A stretch of DNA of 63,042 nucleotides, filler included, from Folioceros fuciformis (taxonomy: Eukaryota): the NCBI GenBank assembly GCA_049999805.1. It is 6 parts of 6 records of this genome, joined end to end, with 100 filler letters (N's around TTAATTAATTAA, not from the genome) between each part and the next. Parts side by side here need not be neighbours in the genome. Positions count along the whole stretch, not along the records: positions 1 to 10,837 come from JBNGIO010005214.1; 5 more parts are not named here. One strand, 5' to 3'. The translations under genes were made by a program, and so were the position numbers. Below are positions 1 to 10,937 of the stretch, piece by piece. The notes beneath the pieces were generated by a model, which made no database searches, was not told the origin of the DNA, and was given only the letters and a program-made list of their open reading frames with translations. Position 1 is the first letter of the stretch. Every line of letters begins with the position of its first letter.

Positions 1-1826
1 AGCTGCTGATGGTACTATTGCACGATACAAAGCCAGACTGGTTGCACGCGGATATAGCCAAGTAGAAGGACTTGACTACCAAGAGACTTTTTCTCCAGTG
101 GTTAGGGCAACATCCATCCGCACTCTATTGGCAATTGCTGCTCAACACGATTACCTTCTACAGCACATGGACGTTAAAACTGCATTCCTCAACGGAGACC
201 TAGAGGAAACCATTTATATGCGTCAACCAAAGGGGTACATTGACCCCAAGAACCCAAACAAGGTATGTAGACTAATTAAAACACTGTATGGGTTAAAGCA
301 GTCACCACGAGAGTGGTACAAAAGAATAGACACGTACCTCTAGAAGTGTGGTTTTGTGCAAAGTAGTGCAGACTTGAATGTCTATCAACTCTATGATAAG
401 AATGGGGTAGCCTACCCGGCCTTATACGTAGACGATGCAGTAATAATATCCAGCAGTACGTCTCAAATGAATAAGGTCAAGGGTATCCTTACTCCAGAGT
501 TTTCCATGACGGATTTGGGGCAGCTTACCTGGTTATTAGGTATTCAGATCCATCAAAACCTGAGCAAGCACACAATTTTTATACACCAGGCTTAGTTTGT
601 TGTCCAAGTCCTAGCACGGTTCAGAATGCAGAATGCGAAACCTGCAGCAACACCCATGGCAACGGGCGAAAAACTTACACTAGAGCAGTGTCCACAAACT
701 GAGAAGGAGCGTATGCAAATGGAGAAAGTACCCTATGGACCAGCAGTGGGAGTACTTATCTATTTCTGGAATTGGACACGCCCGGAGCTTTCACATGCTG
801 TGGGGGTGACTTCACAGTTCCTCTCCAATTATGGTGCAGCTCATTGGATGGCTGTTCAACGGTGTATGCGTTATCTTGGAGGTACGCCTAAGCTTGGCCT
901 ACTGTACAGACAAAGACCACAGTGCCTGCTCCTTACATGCTATTGCGACGCCGACTGGGCAGCCGACGCTCAATATCTGCACACTGTTTAATGCTGGGAC
1001 AAGATGAATCACAATCCACAATTATTACTTGGCATTCAAAGAAGCAGTCAATGGTGTGGTAGCTTTGTCCTCGACAGAGGCAGAGTACATCTCTGCAACT
1101 ACAGCAGCACAAGATATCATTCAAGGCAGGGAATTGCTAGCATCTCTCGGTGAACCTCAGGAAGCACCAACACTCCTTCGGAGTGATAACCAATCGGCGA
1201 TAGCTCTAGCACAGAACCCTATTATGCATGCCAAGACAAAACATATTGACATCAAGCACCATTTTATACGACAAGTGATCACTGATGGACATGCTAACCT
1301 ATAGTTCATGTCAACACATGACAATATTGCAGACCTGCTCACAAAAGCACTTCCCAGAGAGAAGCATGAGAAATTTGCAGTTGCAATGGGGTTAATGGAG
1401 GACCCAGAGTCCTAGAAGAAACTTGCACTGTCCACCTAGCTAGTAACCAGACTCTCACTCTGCAGCATCTCAAGCCGGATAGAACCTTCTGGATGGCATC
1501 CTTGTAGTGCAATGCCACCAAGGCTCTGCACATGAACATTAAAGGCATGCAGTCAAAAGGATCTACCTACAAAGGCTGCAGTGGGAGGACCAATTGTAAG
1601 CACAAGGGAGCGTACCATAACGAATTATCTGGTGGCCATCTTCCGTGAAGTCACAGCCGGCGTACATAAACCTATCAAAGCAGTTTGGCAAACATCTGAA
1701 CAGAGCTCCAGCTGTAAGGCGAGAAAAGCCTTGCGCAAGCCGCCATCGACTGTGACCTAGCTCGGCGCCGTTTTTTTTCAGCTATGGTTACAAACCCTAG
1801 TCAGCGTAATGCTGGCTAAGTGGGAG
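1..1826 (+). mobile_element. Ty1/copia element 1, 3' part: decayed RT-RNase H (1-1415), 3' UTR and PPT; 3' LTR probably starts at about 1827
   Basis: [62 protein letters not shown] motifs, with in-frame TAG stops (341, 593, 1302) and a frameshift near 990; PPT AAGTGGGAG at 1818-1826. Confidence 0.93.
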
Positions 1827-4800
1827 TAAAGGTTAATAATAATAGCTATTTATCCAGCATTACTTAATTACATAATAATTAGGGCAGATAGTAAATGGGT
1901 AGATTACAATCGACACAACTAAAGGGTTCCGACTCAAAACACAACAGTCACGCACTTTCACGGCCACGGGACACCACAACGGTTGGTCTCGTGACTATTT
2001 AAAGAGCCACATGGCTCTTCCTTAATCTATCCTTCTATTCTCTAATCTAGCTTGCCTGCTCTCTCCATCCTACAAGCTTTATGAAGCTCTTGAGACACTT
2101 CAAGGGGCACTTCAGCAGCTTTCAACAGTGATCACCACTCGTCCTAGAGCCACTGGAGACGATGTTCCTCTCTTTGTCCGCCCACCAGTTGCTGCTCTCT
2201 ACATGCTAACACTGACTCCAACTACCATGCCTCCAGCACAGGAGAATGGTGGATTAGTACCCCAGTGACATTGCCAATCTTCAAATTTCCACACCTTGTG
2301 CTTCCTTCGCCATTCTGTGGAGGCCATCAGAGGTAGATTTCAAGTGATGTGTGAGTGTGAGAGACGGTTAGTCTTACACGCTGGAGGAGTCTAGGTCTTC
2401 CCTTCTACCTTCAGCTGGAGGTGCAGGTAGTTATGTTAGTTAATTGTCATGGGACTTAGAATTAGGGTTCAGTTTCCTTTTGGAGTCAATCATGACCCAA
2501 CTTCCATTTTTACGTACCTTTTCAATTCTGGGCTGGCCTCCTCGCACCTCTTGATGTCACTGCTATGCTGAGATCTCCTACGGAGAGTGATAGTGATTCG
2601 GATGTCGATGTACTCTCTTGGCTCTACTATGTCTCCCCACCTGTGCCAGCTCTTGGTGTTGTCAATACGATGGCGGGTACTAATCCCCCACCACCTCCAC
2701 CTCCACCTAATCCACCTGTAAATGTTCAAGTGGGAAATTCATATTCTGGGGAGTTTAAGGAAAAGGACCGGTTTGATGGGAAGCCATCCCAATTTGAGAG
2801 TTCGAGAGCTCGTATGAAGGCCAATTTGAAGGCCCAAGATGTCTGGGAGTATGTCGATGGCTCCCTTCTTGATCCTGCCGCAACATTTCCACTAGGATCA
2901 GCAGATGAGATAGCAAAGTGGAAGAAGGGGAATAATGTCGCATTTGCAATTTTACTATCTGGCCTACACGAGTTCACAGTAGCTGAATTGAACTTCCTCG
3001 ACACAGTTGCAGTAGTCTGGGATCAGCTCACGCAGACAAGATGATGATATCAAGATCTTGGTGGCTGCTATACAGAACTTTTATGGATTAAGAATGAAGG
3101 AAGGGGACTCGATTGGAGCACACGTCACTCAAATGCGCACCCTACAGGCTTAGCTAGCCGCATTAGGGAGCAAGATGTCTGACTTGGATGCCACTGCTCA
3201 GCTCTTGACCAGCCTTCCATCATCTTACCAGACCTTTGTCTCCAGCCAGAACTCTACGTTGCGTGACTCCTACAAGGTTGTGGCTGCTGGTCATCGTGCT
3301 GCTGTCAACATTAATGAAGTGATTGGTGCTATCCTGCAAGAGGAGCAAAGCCAAAGCAATGGCAAGTCAGGCAATCGTCAACGAGGCGACAAGGTCCTCT
3401 ATGCTAAAGGTAAAGGCCCTTGGAAGGGGAAAGATAAGGGAGCGAAAAAGCAGCAATCCAGCGACTCAAGCTCATCTCCAAATTCTTCTAATAAATGATA
3501 AGGTACCTGCCACTGGTGCCAGATCCTAGGGCATTGGGAAAGAGACTGCCGTAAGAAGAAGGCTGGTGAGCCTAAGAGGGAGGCCAAGCATGAGGTTCAT
3601 GCTACTTCAAAGGAGAAGAAGTCCTCAGTTGGCTCCAACAATAACTCACAGCAACGCAGTAGGAGTGCTACAACTTTGACAGTTTGCCTATCGCTGTCCA
3701 AAGGTAGCTCTTTGCAGTGGTTTGTGGATTTAGGAGCCACGTCACACATCTACAACAATCGTGGACTCTTCTCAAAATTCCACAAACAGACATTACCGTA
3801 GTTAGTTTTTGTGGGTGATTCCAGAGGAGTACAGGTCAGAGATTCTGGTACAGTAGAATTAACTTTGCTAGAAGGGTCTTGTCTACTACTAGAGGATGTC
3901 ATGTTCGTCCCTGACATGAGCAAAAAACTGTTGTCAATTCGTAGTCAAATTATGGTTTTAGGTTTGAGAAGAATATCTGCTTTGTTTATCTTCTTTCTAA
4001 TCTTGATAGCCATGTTGCTAAAGCAGTGTTAGTAAACGACCTCTGCCAGCTTGTTACAATTCACAAGTCTAAGGCTAGAGCCCTACTTACTGCTTACAGA
4101 GCACAGGCTAATGTTTGGCACACCAAGTTAGGTCATGTCAACCGTGCTAAGCTGGACCTGATGGCTGATTCTTCGTGTTATCGAGAGAGTATGCCTTCTT
4201 GCTTTAAACATCTTGCATCCTGCAGCTCCTGTATCTTGTCAAAACAGAAAGAGCTTCCTTTTAAAAATTGGTTTGCTAATCGTGCTAAGCAAGTGCTAGA
4301 GCTTGTTCATGCAGACATAGCAGGAAAGCTACCTGTCAAATCGTTGGGTGGAGCAGAGTACTACCTGTCCCTTACATATGACTACTCAAGATATACATGA
4401 ACTTTCCCAATCAGGCAGAAGAGCGATGTGTTCGACACTATTTCCTCCTGGATCACCATGGTTCAATGACAGACTGGTCAGCTAGTTAAATGCTTTCGAA
4501 CCGACAATGGCAGTGAATTCACTGGACGGCAGTTTGATAATCTATTTGACTCCCTTGGCATTGTGAGACAGCAATCTGTGCCCTACACACCGTAGCAAAA
4601 CGATGTGGCAGAGCACAAAAATCATACTTTGATGGGAATGGTCAGGAGTATGTTGTCATGGGCAGCTTTTTCTAAGAAGTTCTGGGGAGAAGCCATAGTC
4701 TGCGCCACTTACATTTTAAATTGAGTTGTCACTTTTGCCCCTCCCGGCAAGATTCCCTATGAAGCCTTTTGGGGTCGAAAGCTGAGTCTTCCTCATCTGA

Positions 4801-7137
4801 AGGTTTTTGGGTCTCGTGCTTTTGCTTGTATCCCTAGGCCTAAAAGAAAGAAGTTAGATGCCAGATCTAAGCCTCTTATCTTCCTACGTTATTTAGAAGA
4901 GTCGAAAGCCTACAAGTTATATGATCTTACCACACCACGAATTACCTTGTCTCGGAGTGCCACATTTCTCGAATTTACCTCTCCTTGACCAGATTCGTTT
5001 GTAGATCAGTTGTATGCTGCAGATGCTCTTACCTCCTCCCCAGATGAAACTTCCCCTGGTGTGGACATAGATGACTTTGAGCTAGCTATTACTTACCCAG
5101 ATTCAGATGGTGAGGTCACGGTTCCTGATGCTCTGCTGGATGCTAATCCACTTCTACATGGGCCCTTACCAAATCCAGTAGGGGACGCTGCAAGTCAAGA
5201 TGACGACTCCCAGTCACAGCACTCTTCTATTGCTAGTGTTGATCCTCCTCCCAACTTGGCTGAGCCTGACTTGTTTGGTGTTGACGGTTTTGAGGATGAT
5301 TCTGCTGTAGAGGGAGCAGAGGGGGATGACCCTGAAGATGAAGTTCCCCCTCCACCAGATCCTCCTCGTTATCCTCCCAGAGAAAGGTGGTCAAGAGAAA
5401 ACTGAATTGAGCCTCCTTACCAATCAGTGGATTTTTGAAGACATGCAGCAAATGTGTTTGACCTTTATGTTCCTGACGTAAGGCCAGATCCTCAGACCTA
5501 CTCGAAGGCCATCAATGGCCTTGATGGTAAGCACTAGAGGATCTCTATCGATTATGAGTACACCTCACTTATCAAGAACAAGACTTGGGAGTTGGCTAAC
5601 CTGCCTCCTAGAAGAAGGCCAATCACGTGTAAGTGGGTGTTTAAAACAAAGTTGAAGGCAGATGGCACAATTGCGAGGTATAAATCACGTTTGGTTGCAA
5701 GAGGTTTTTCTCATATACCTGGCATTGACTATGGGGACACTTTTTCTCCGGTGGTTAAGCCTCCTTCTGTGCGTATCTTACTAGCCATGGCTGCTGAATT
5801 CGACCTTGAGCTTCACCAAATGGATGTGTGTACGGCCTTCTTACATGGTGAGCTTGAAGAGGTCCTTTACATGGAGCAGCCTAAAGGGTTTGTAGATAAG
5901 CGCTAGCCGAAGAAGGTGTGCAAGCTACTGAAGACCCTCTATGGTCTGAAGCAAAGTCCTCATGCCTGGTACAAATGCATTATGAATTTTTTAAGGAAAA
6001 ATGGCTTTGTGCAATCACATGCTAATAGCAATTTATCCTACCTTGCTTCTGAGGGTCTGTTTGTGATCTTGGCGCTGTATGTGAATGATGCCATCCTGCT
6101 CAGTAGCAACCCTCCTAAGCTTGATGAAGTAAAGGCTCTTCTCCGTTCAAAATTCAAGATGACCGATCAGGGCCCTTTGCGATTCTGCCTCGATATTTAG
6201 ATCTTGCACAATAGAGAACAAGGTACCATTATCCTGCATCAAACTAAATACGTAAAAGAGATCCTGAAGCGTTTCAGCTTGGATGCTGCCAAGTCAGTGT
6301 TGACACATTCTGCAGTAGGGGAGAAGCTTACTCGTGAGCAGTTACCTCTGAATGAAGCTGAGCAGAATGCTCTCAATGGTTCCTTATGCAGAACCTCTTG
6401 GGTGTTTAATTTTCCTGGCCAATTGGACTCGACCTGACATATCATATGTTGTTAGTGTAGTCTCCCAGTTTCTTAAGAATCCTGGCAAGCTCCACTGAGC
6501 AGCTGTAAAATGCATACACAGGTACTTGAAGGGGACCATTACCTTGGGGTTGCATTATACTTCCTTTGGCCAGCATGGCTTCACCTTGTCTGCTTTTACT
6601 GACGCCAACTGGGCATCCGATGTTGACTCCCGGAAGAGTCTCTCAGCATATGTGTTCTTACTTGCAAGTGGTGCTGTGAATTGGTCATACAAGAAGCAAA
6701 CGTCCTTGGCGTTGTCCTCAGTTGAGTATAAGGCCCTGACATACACATGCAAGGCGTTAGAGTGGGAAAGGAAGTTCTTGGATGCAATAAACTTACCTTA
6801 GTTTGGCCCTACTACTCTTTTATGTGATAATATGTCAGCTATAGCACTTGTATCATCACTACATTCGTGATGTGGCTGAAAGGGGCATGGTGCAAGTGCA
6901 ATATGTTAGTACGTATGAGAATACAGCTGATATTTTTACTAAGGGACTCTCAAAGGAGAAACATTACAAGCATCTGGCAGCTATGGGTTTGAGGGTTTTC
7001 ACCATCCCACCACCCAGTGCCCAGCCTACCTGGTTTGGAGTCCCAGGGCAGCAGTCTGCCCTAGCAGTCATTCTTCAATATGCTAGCCTAGGTTAGGACT
7101 GATTTCTTCTTTGCCCTGCACAGTACAAGTCGAGGTA

Positions 7138-7191
7138 TGGCACACTCAGTGGATGAAGCTAAAGTGCAGAATCAAGTCGTGAGTGGTGCCA
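7138..7191 (+). other. Conserved 3'-UTR stem-loop with GGATGAAGC core (copy 1 of 5)
   Basis: TGGCACACTCA / TGAGTGGTGCCA arms enclose GTGGATGAAGCT...AGTCG. Confidence 0.6.
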
Positions 7192-7205
7192 CAAGTCTTA
7201 CCTTT

Positions 7206-7758
7206 CTACACATGGCAATGCCTTGCTGTTGGAGGCCTGTAGACATAGCCAAGGTTCTCTAGTTCTCTTATCATTGCCTTGCACTCTTCAGAAGTTAGTA
7301 TTCAAGATTCCTCTGGGTTCTTAGGCTCATTTGCCGACATTTCCTACAGCTCGCGAGTGCGTGCCCTAGCAGTTGTGAGTAGGTTCTTCAGTTCGTCGCA
7401 CTTCTCCGGAGTCTTGTGCAAATGCCATAGTAGGTCTTTGTCAGCTGCAATCGGTCGTCCTATCTTGTCTACTTCAGAAGCCAATGCAGAGGGAGCTGTG
7501 GCGGCGGCGAGTTTGCTGTGGGGCGTCTTCATCCTGCTGGCGATGCTCTTGCTGACTACTTCTAGCTCCATTGATGCCTCGCCGCTTTCCGTAAGCTACT
7601 GAATTTCCTCCATCTCACGCTCTGCCACTAGCCTCTTCTGATTAGACAGACCACAGCTCCTTGAGCAAAAAATCCACCTTTGAAGCTAGAATCACGAGCA
7701 AGATGACTGCTGTGACTCCTGCCATAGCTGAGTTTGATATTTCAAGGGCGTTTGCCAT
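7206..7758 (-). pseudogene. Decayed antisense accessory ORF of copia family A (N-terminal hydrophobic helix, C-terminal helical domain)
   Basis: Translation MANALEISNSAMAGVTAVILLVILASKVD... (frameshift) ...RPIAADKDLLWHLHKTPEKCDELKNLLTTARARTREL*...ILTSEECKAMIRELENLGYV aligns by eye with ORF 34437-35060. Confidence 0.7.
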
Positions 7759-7870
7759 TACAGGGGCAATCTAAGCATCAGTCACAAGAGGGAGATGTTT
7801 GAGCTGGGCGCTCAAATGCAGCGTGCGCTTTTAAGGCTCTTTGTTTTAACCTCCGCAGGTTAAGAGGGAG

Positions 7871-8050
7871 TGTTGGAGTATTTATTGGTTTAACCTGCTT
7901 AGGTTACTTATATATATATTCATACTTTACCCTGTTTAGGGTTTATCGTACATTTGAGTATTTAAACACTATTTTTTTGACATTCAATATATCAATTGCT
8001 ACTTTGAGCAAAGTGTCTAGTCTACCTCTAGACCTTTACATAATTCAACA
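7871..8050 (+). repeat. 3' LTR of element 2 (about 180 bp)
   Basis: Follows PPT AAGAGGGAG; starts TGTTG, ends TCAACA; AT-rich. Confidence 0.75.
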
Positions 8051-9172
8051 TAGGTTTTTGGGCGATAGCCAATCTCAAGTGAAGACAATCATTGTGCGCA
8101 CCAAGAGATTGTGGGGCCTAAAGATGCTGCAGAAGACTTAGTAGATCAAAATTGCTTGAGGGAGGCTTTAGTGAGTGTGGCTAGGAGGTGCGCAAGGCAC
8201 TGCAAGATTGAAGTTGCCCAGATAATTGCAAACACCGTCAATGGCTGTAGGAAATGGCACCAAACAGCAAGCATTGGGTGAGGAATGCAAGGAGGATTAA
8301 TGTGGTGGAAAAAATCCGGGGACACCCAAGGGCTTTCCTCTAGCGGCCACACCTATCCCGTTGTCGTGTAGTCTAGCAGGTTTTGTTCCCTCGAAGGAGG
8401 GCCTGTCCCAGTTGTGCGTGTGAACGACTCAACTCGTACCTCTCTTCTACCACGATCCTCGCGAGCCTGAATACACCTCCTGCCTGCCAACCACGCCTCT
8501 GCTGCCGGCGACTCACTCCGGTAGGACACCCACGTTCCTCACTCTCTTCCCAGGTTACTTCCTTGTGTCCAGTCCAACACTTCCTCCCTTGCTCTCGTCT
8601 TTTCTTCTCCTCGATCTAATCCTCTTGGACTAGCCTCCCCCTCTCAACTCAACTCCCTCAACTCCTCGACTCCATACCCACCTGACTTCGTTCACGAGGA
8701 GGACCACTGATGCGGTGGTAGCGAAGACCTCCAGTCAGCTCGCGCTGAGTCGAAGACCCGGGCCCTTCTCGACAAACTCACCCAGGTCGGACACCACAAG
8801 TGTGCGTGTGAAACACGGCACCTCACATCCACGCGTCTGGGCCGTCACAATCCCCACCAAGCTACCAGACACTGCAGACAACGCAGCCGGTAGGAGCGCA
8901 CTCGTTGGAACACGAACAAGTGTGCTCAGGCTTGGAGAGAAACAGGGAACGGCCACTTTATCTCTTGAGCCCTATGACTCTTATAGAGTTCCTAGCTACT
9001 GTCGGTTGGGGTGGTTGATCGGGTAGGCAGCCATTGATGGTCTCTCTCACCTGCCACAGTGCTTAAGCGCATTAAACAATGTCTTTAAACGCTTAAACTA
9101 CCCCCTCTACCACGTCTATCCTAACTACCCAACTCTATTGGGGACGCTTCGGTGGTTCGAATGGGCAGGTCA
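8051..9172. repeat. Unclassified repeat, probably the LTR or UTR of another retroelement; it truncates the MET1 fragment
   Basis: No credible ORF; pyrimidine tracts; ends ...GGTCA where MET1 similarity stops. Confidence 0.35.
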
Positions 9173-10837
9173 GAATGGCAATCTTCGCATCCTTTTCCTT
9201 GCTTGTTTCTTCACACGCTAGACACCTACCGTCACCGCGTGCCAACTTTTCAGTTGGGAGGCGAAGAAAACATCCCTTTCCAGCGGAATATAGAGCTCGG
9301 CAGAAAAATTGAACAGGAAGACCACTCTGTTCTCTTTCTTTGGCTAGGGCCGTATCTGCTTCATCGAGCTTGGCATTGTCTTTCCTGTTGGCATGTCCCC
9401 ACGGTCGCTTCCTGATCTCAACAGCGAGGGTTCCTGAGGTGTCCTCTATTTCAACATCCATGCACTCCTGCACCAAAAACAGCTCCCGATCGTCAGCAGC
9501 ATTGCCGAGTACAGTGTTCATGCCCCGTTCCAGAATCCTCCCGTGAATCATGTGCAGACCCTTCGTTGTTTCATACAAGTACTCGACAAGGAGAATGACA
9601 GACTGATCCTGCCCGCTCCCATCTACGAGGACAGCGGCCCCAGCACATATCTCTTCGTCGTTGTAACGAGCTTTCTGGTACAGGAGAAGCTTCGAGCTCG
9701 GCACACTCTCCGGCTCCCCCATCCATGTCAATGGTTTCGAACCTCTGGTTTCTTTTGTCTTCCACCTTTTGGGCACTATGGGCTTCACCTTGATGTCGCT
9801 AGAAGGCTGAAACACCGTATCCTCCTCAGACTCACTACCGTCCTCTTCGTCTACTTCATCGTTCTCCTCCACACACACCTGATCTGCTACCTTCCCGTCC
9901 TCCTCAGTATCAAGTTCCATCAGTTCCAATCTCTTGTAGTAGGAGCTCCAGATCCGATTGACAAGGTCGGTGGTTGTAGCCCGCATGGGTTTCTGCTTCT
10001 TGACATCAGGCCCCAGATAAGCCCTGGGATTCAAGTTTCTCCCCTTTTTGACAATGATGGTCTTCTTCTTGGACACTGACAGCTTGGTGTGATGCCTCTG
10101 TTCCATCTTGCTGGCCAGGCCAGAAATAAATGCACAGTTCTTAATCCTGGGATCAGGAAATTCTTCAAACTGCTGCAAAATGATTTGGCCATGGACGACA
10201 ACATATCTCTCCATGTCCGCGACCTTGGAAGAGATGAAGGTTTTGGCATCTGTCGACTGCTCAGCGAGCTTCTTAATGACATCGAGGAAGAATAAGCGAG
10301 AGACCCTCAACTCTTCCTTCAACATGGTGATGATTTTGATGGTCAACTCAGCAGTCCTCAGTTTAGGACTGTACCAGAGCAAATACTGCTGAGAAGGCTT
10401 TCCGAGCTGGTACCAAGCCCCATCTGTCCGTATGGAAATTGACAGATACTGTGAACCAAACTCGATCACCCATTCTTTCACTGCACTCAAGTAAAGAGGA
10501 ATACCCGATGCAGCTGACTCTGATGCACCAACGTCAAAGTATGAACCGTCATCCTCAGTCATCAGTCCAGACCCAAAAATCTCGACATCTGTTTCGGTAC
10601 CGGCAAGCATGGGGAGAAGCTCCAAGGATATGAGCCAAGAATCAGAGTTGTACAGTGCCCAATCGTGCAGCATGCGACGGGGCAGGTCCTCTGGAAGGAG
10701 CTCAGCTACGTCGTCCTCCAAGATGAGGTACTCATCCACCTCGTCCTACTTTGGTTTATAGTAGGCAGGCAGAGGATAATCAGCTGCAATCTCATCCTCA
10801 TTTATCTTAATATACGGCTTGCTCTTCCTCTTGCTCA
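9173..10837 (-). pseudogene. MET1: DNA (cytosine-5)-methyltransferase 1 fragment: RFTS (DNMT1-RFD) domain, acidic linker and BAH domain; no catalytic domain in window
   Basis: EDEIAADYPLPAYYK, PRRMLHDWALYNSD, LELLPM, IFGSG, YLSAVKEWVIEFG, SIRTDGAWY.LGKPS, YVVVHGQIILQQF, KPMRATTTDLVNRIW, TVLGNAADDRELFL, FFCRALY; in-frame TAG at 10746-10748; runs into the gap at its 5' side. Confidence 0.93.
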
Positions 10838-10937
10838 NNNNNNNNNNNNNNNNNNNNNNNNNNNNNNNNNNNNNNNNNNNNTTAATTAATTAANNNNNNN
10901 NNNNNNNNNNNNNNNNNNNNNNNNNNNNNNNNNNNNN
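10838..10937. other. Artificial contig spacer
   Basis: N44-TTAATTAATTAA-N44 (stops in all six frames). Confidence 0.97.

Larger units (their letters stand above)
2470..8050 (+). mobile_element. Ty1/copia element 2 (family A), 5'-truncated, with decayed gag-pol (2670-7096) and 3' LTR
   Basis: Gag (EKDRFDG..RARMKANL), CCHC knuckle near 3508-3550, protease WFVD*GAT, integrase (HADIAG, RTDNG), RT (QMDVCTAFLHG), RNase H (TDANWASD); many stops. No matching 5' LTR or PBS found. Confidence 0.93.

Noticed and set aside
7149-7183. Reading the GGATGA...GTGA motif as a box C/D snoRNA or SECIS
   Set aside because: The boxes deviate from RUGAUGA/CUGA, the element is too short for a snoRNA, and family-B copies lack the 3' TGA.
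9135-10739. MET1 as an intronless retrocopy or an intact 534-aa protein
   Set aside because: This part of plant MET1 genes commonly lies in one large exon, so missing introns are uninformative; the ORF start and end are artefacts of an upstream stop and a downstream insertion.
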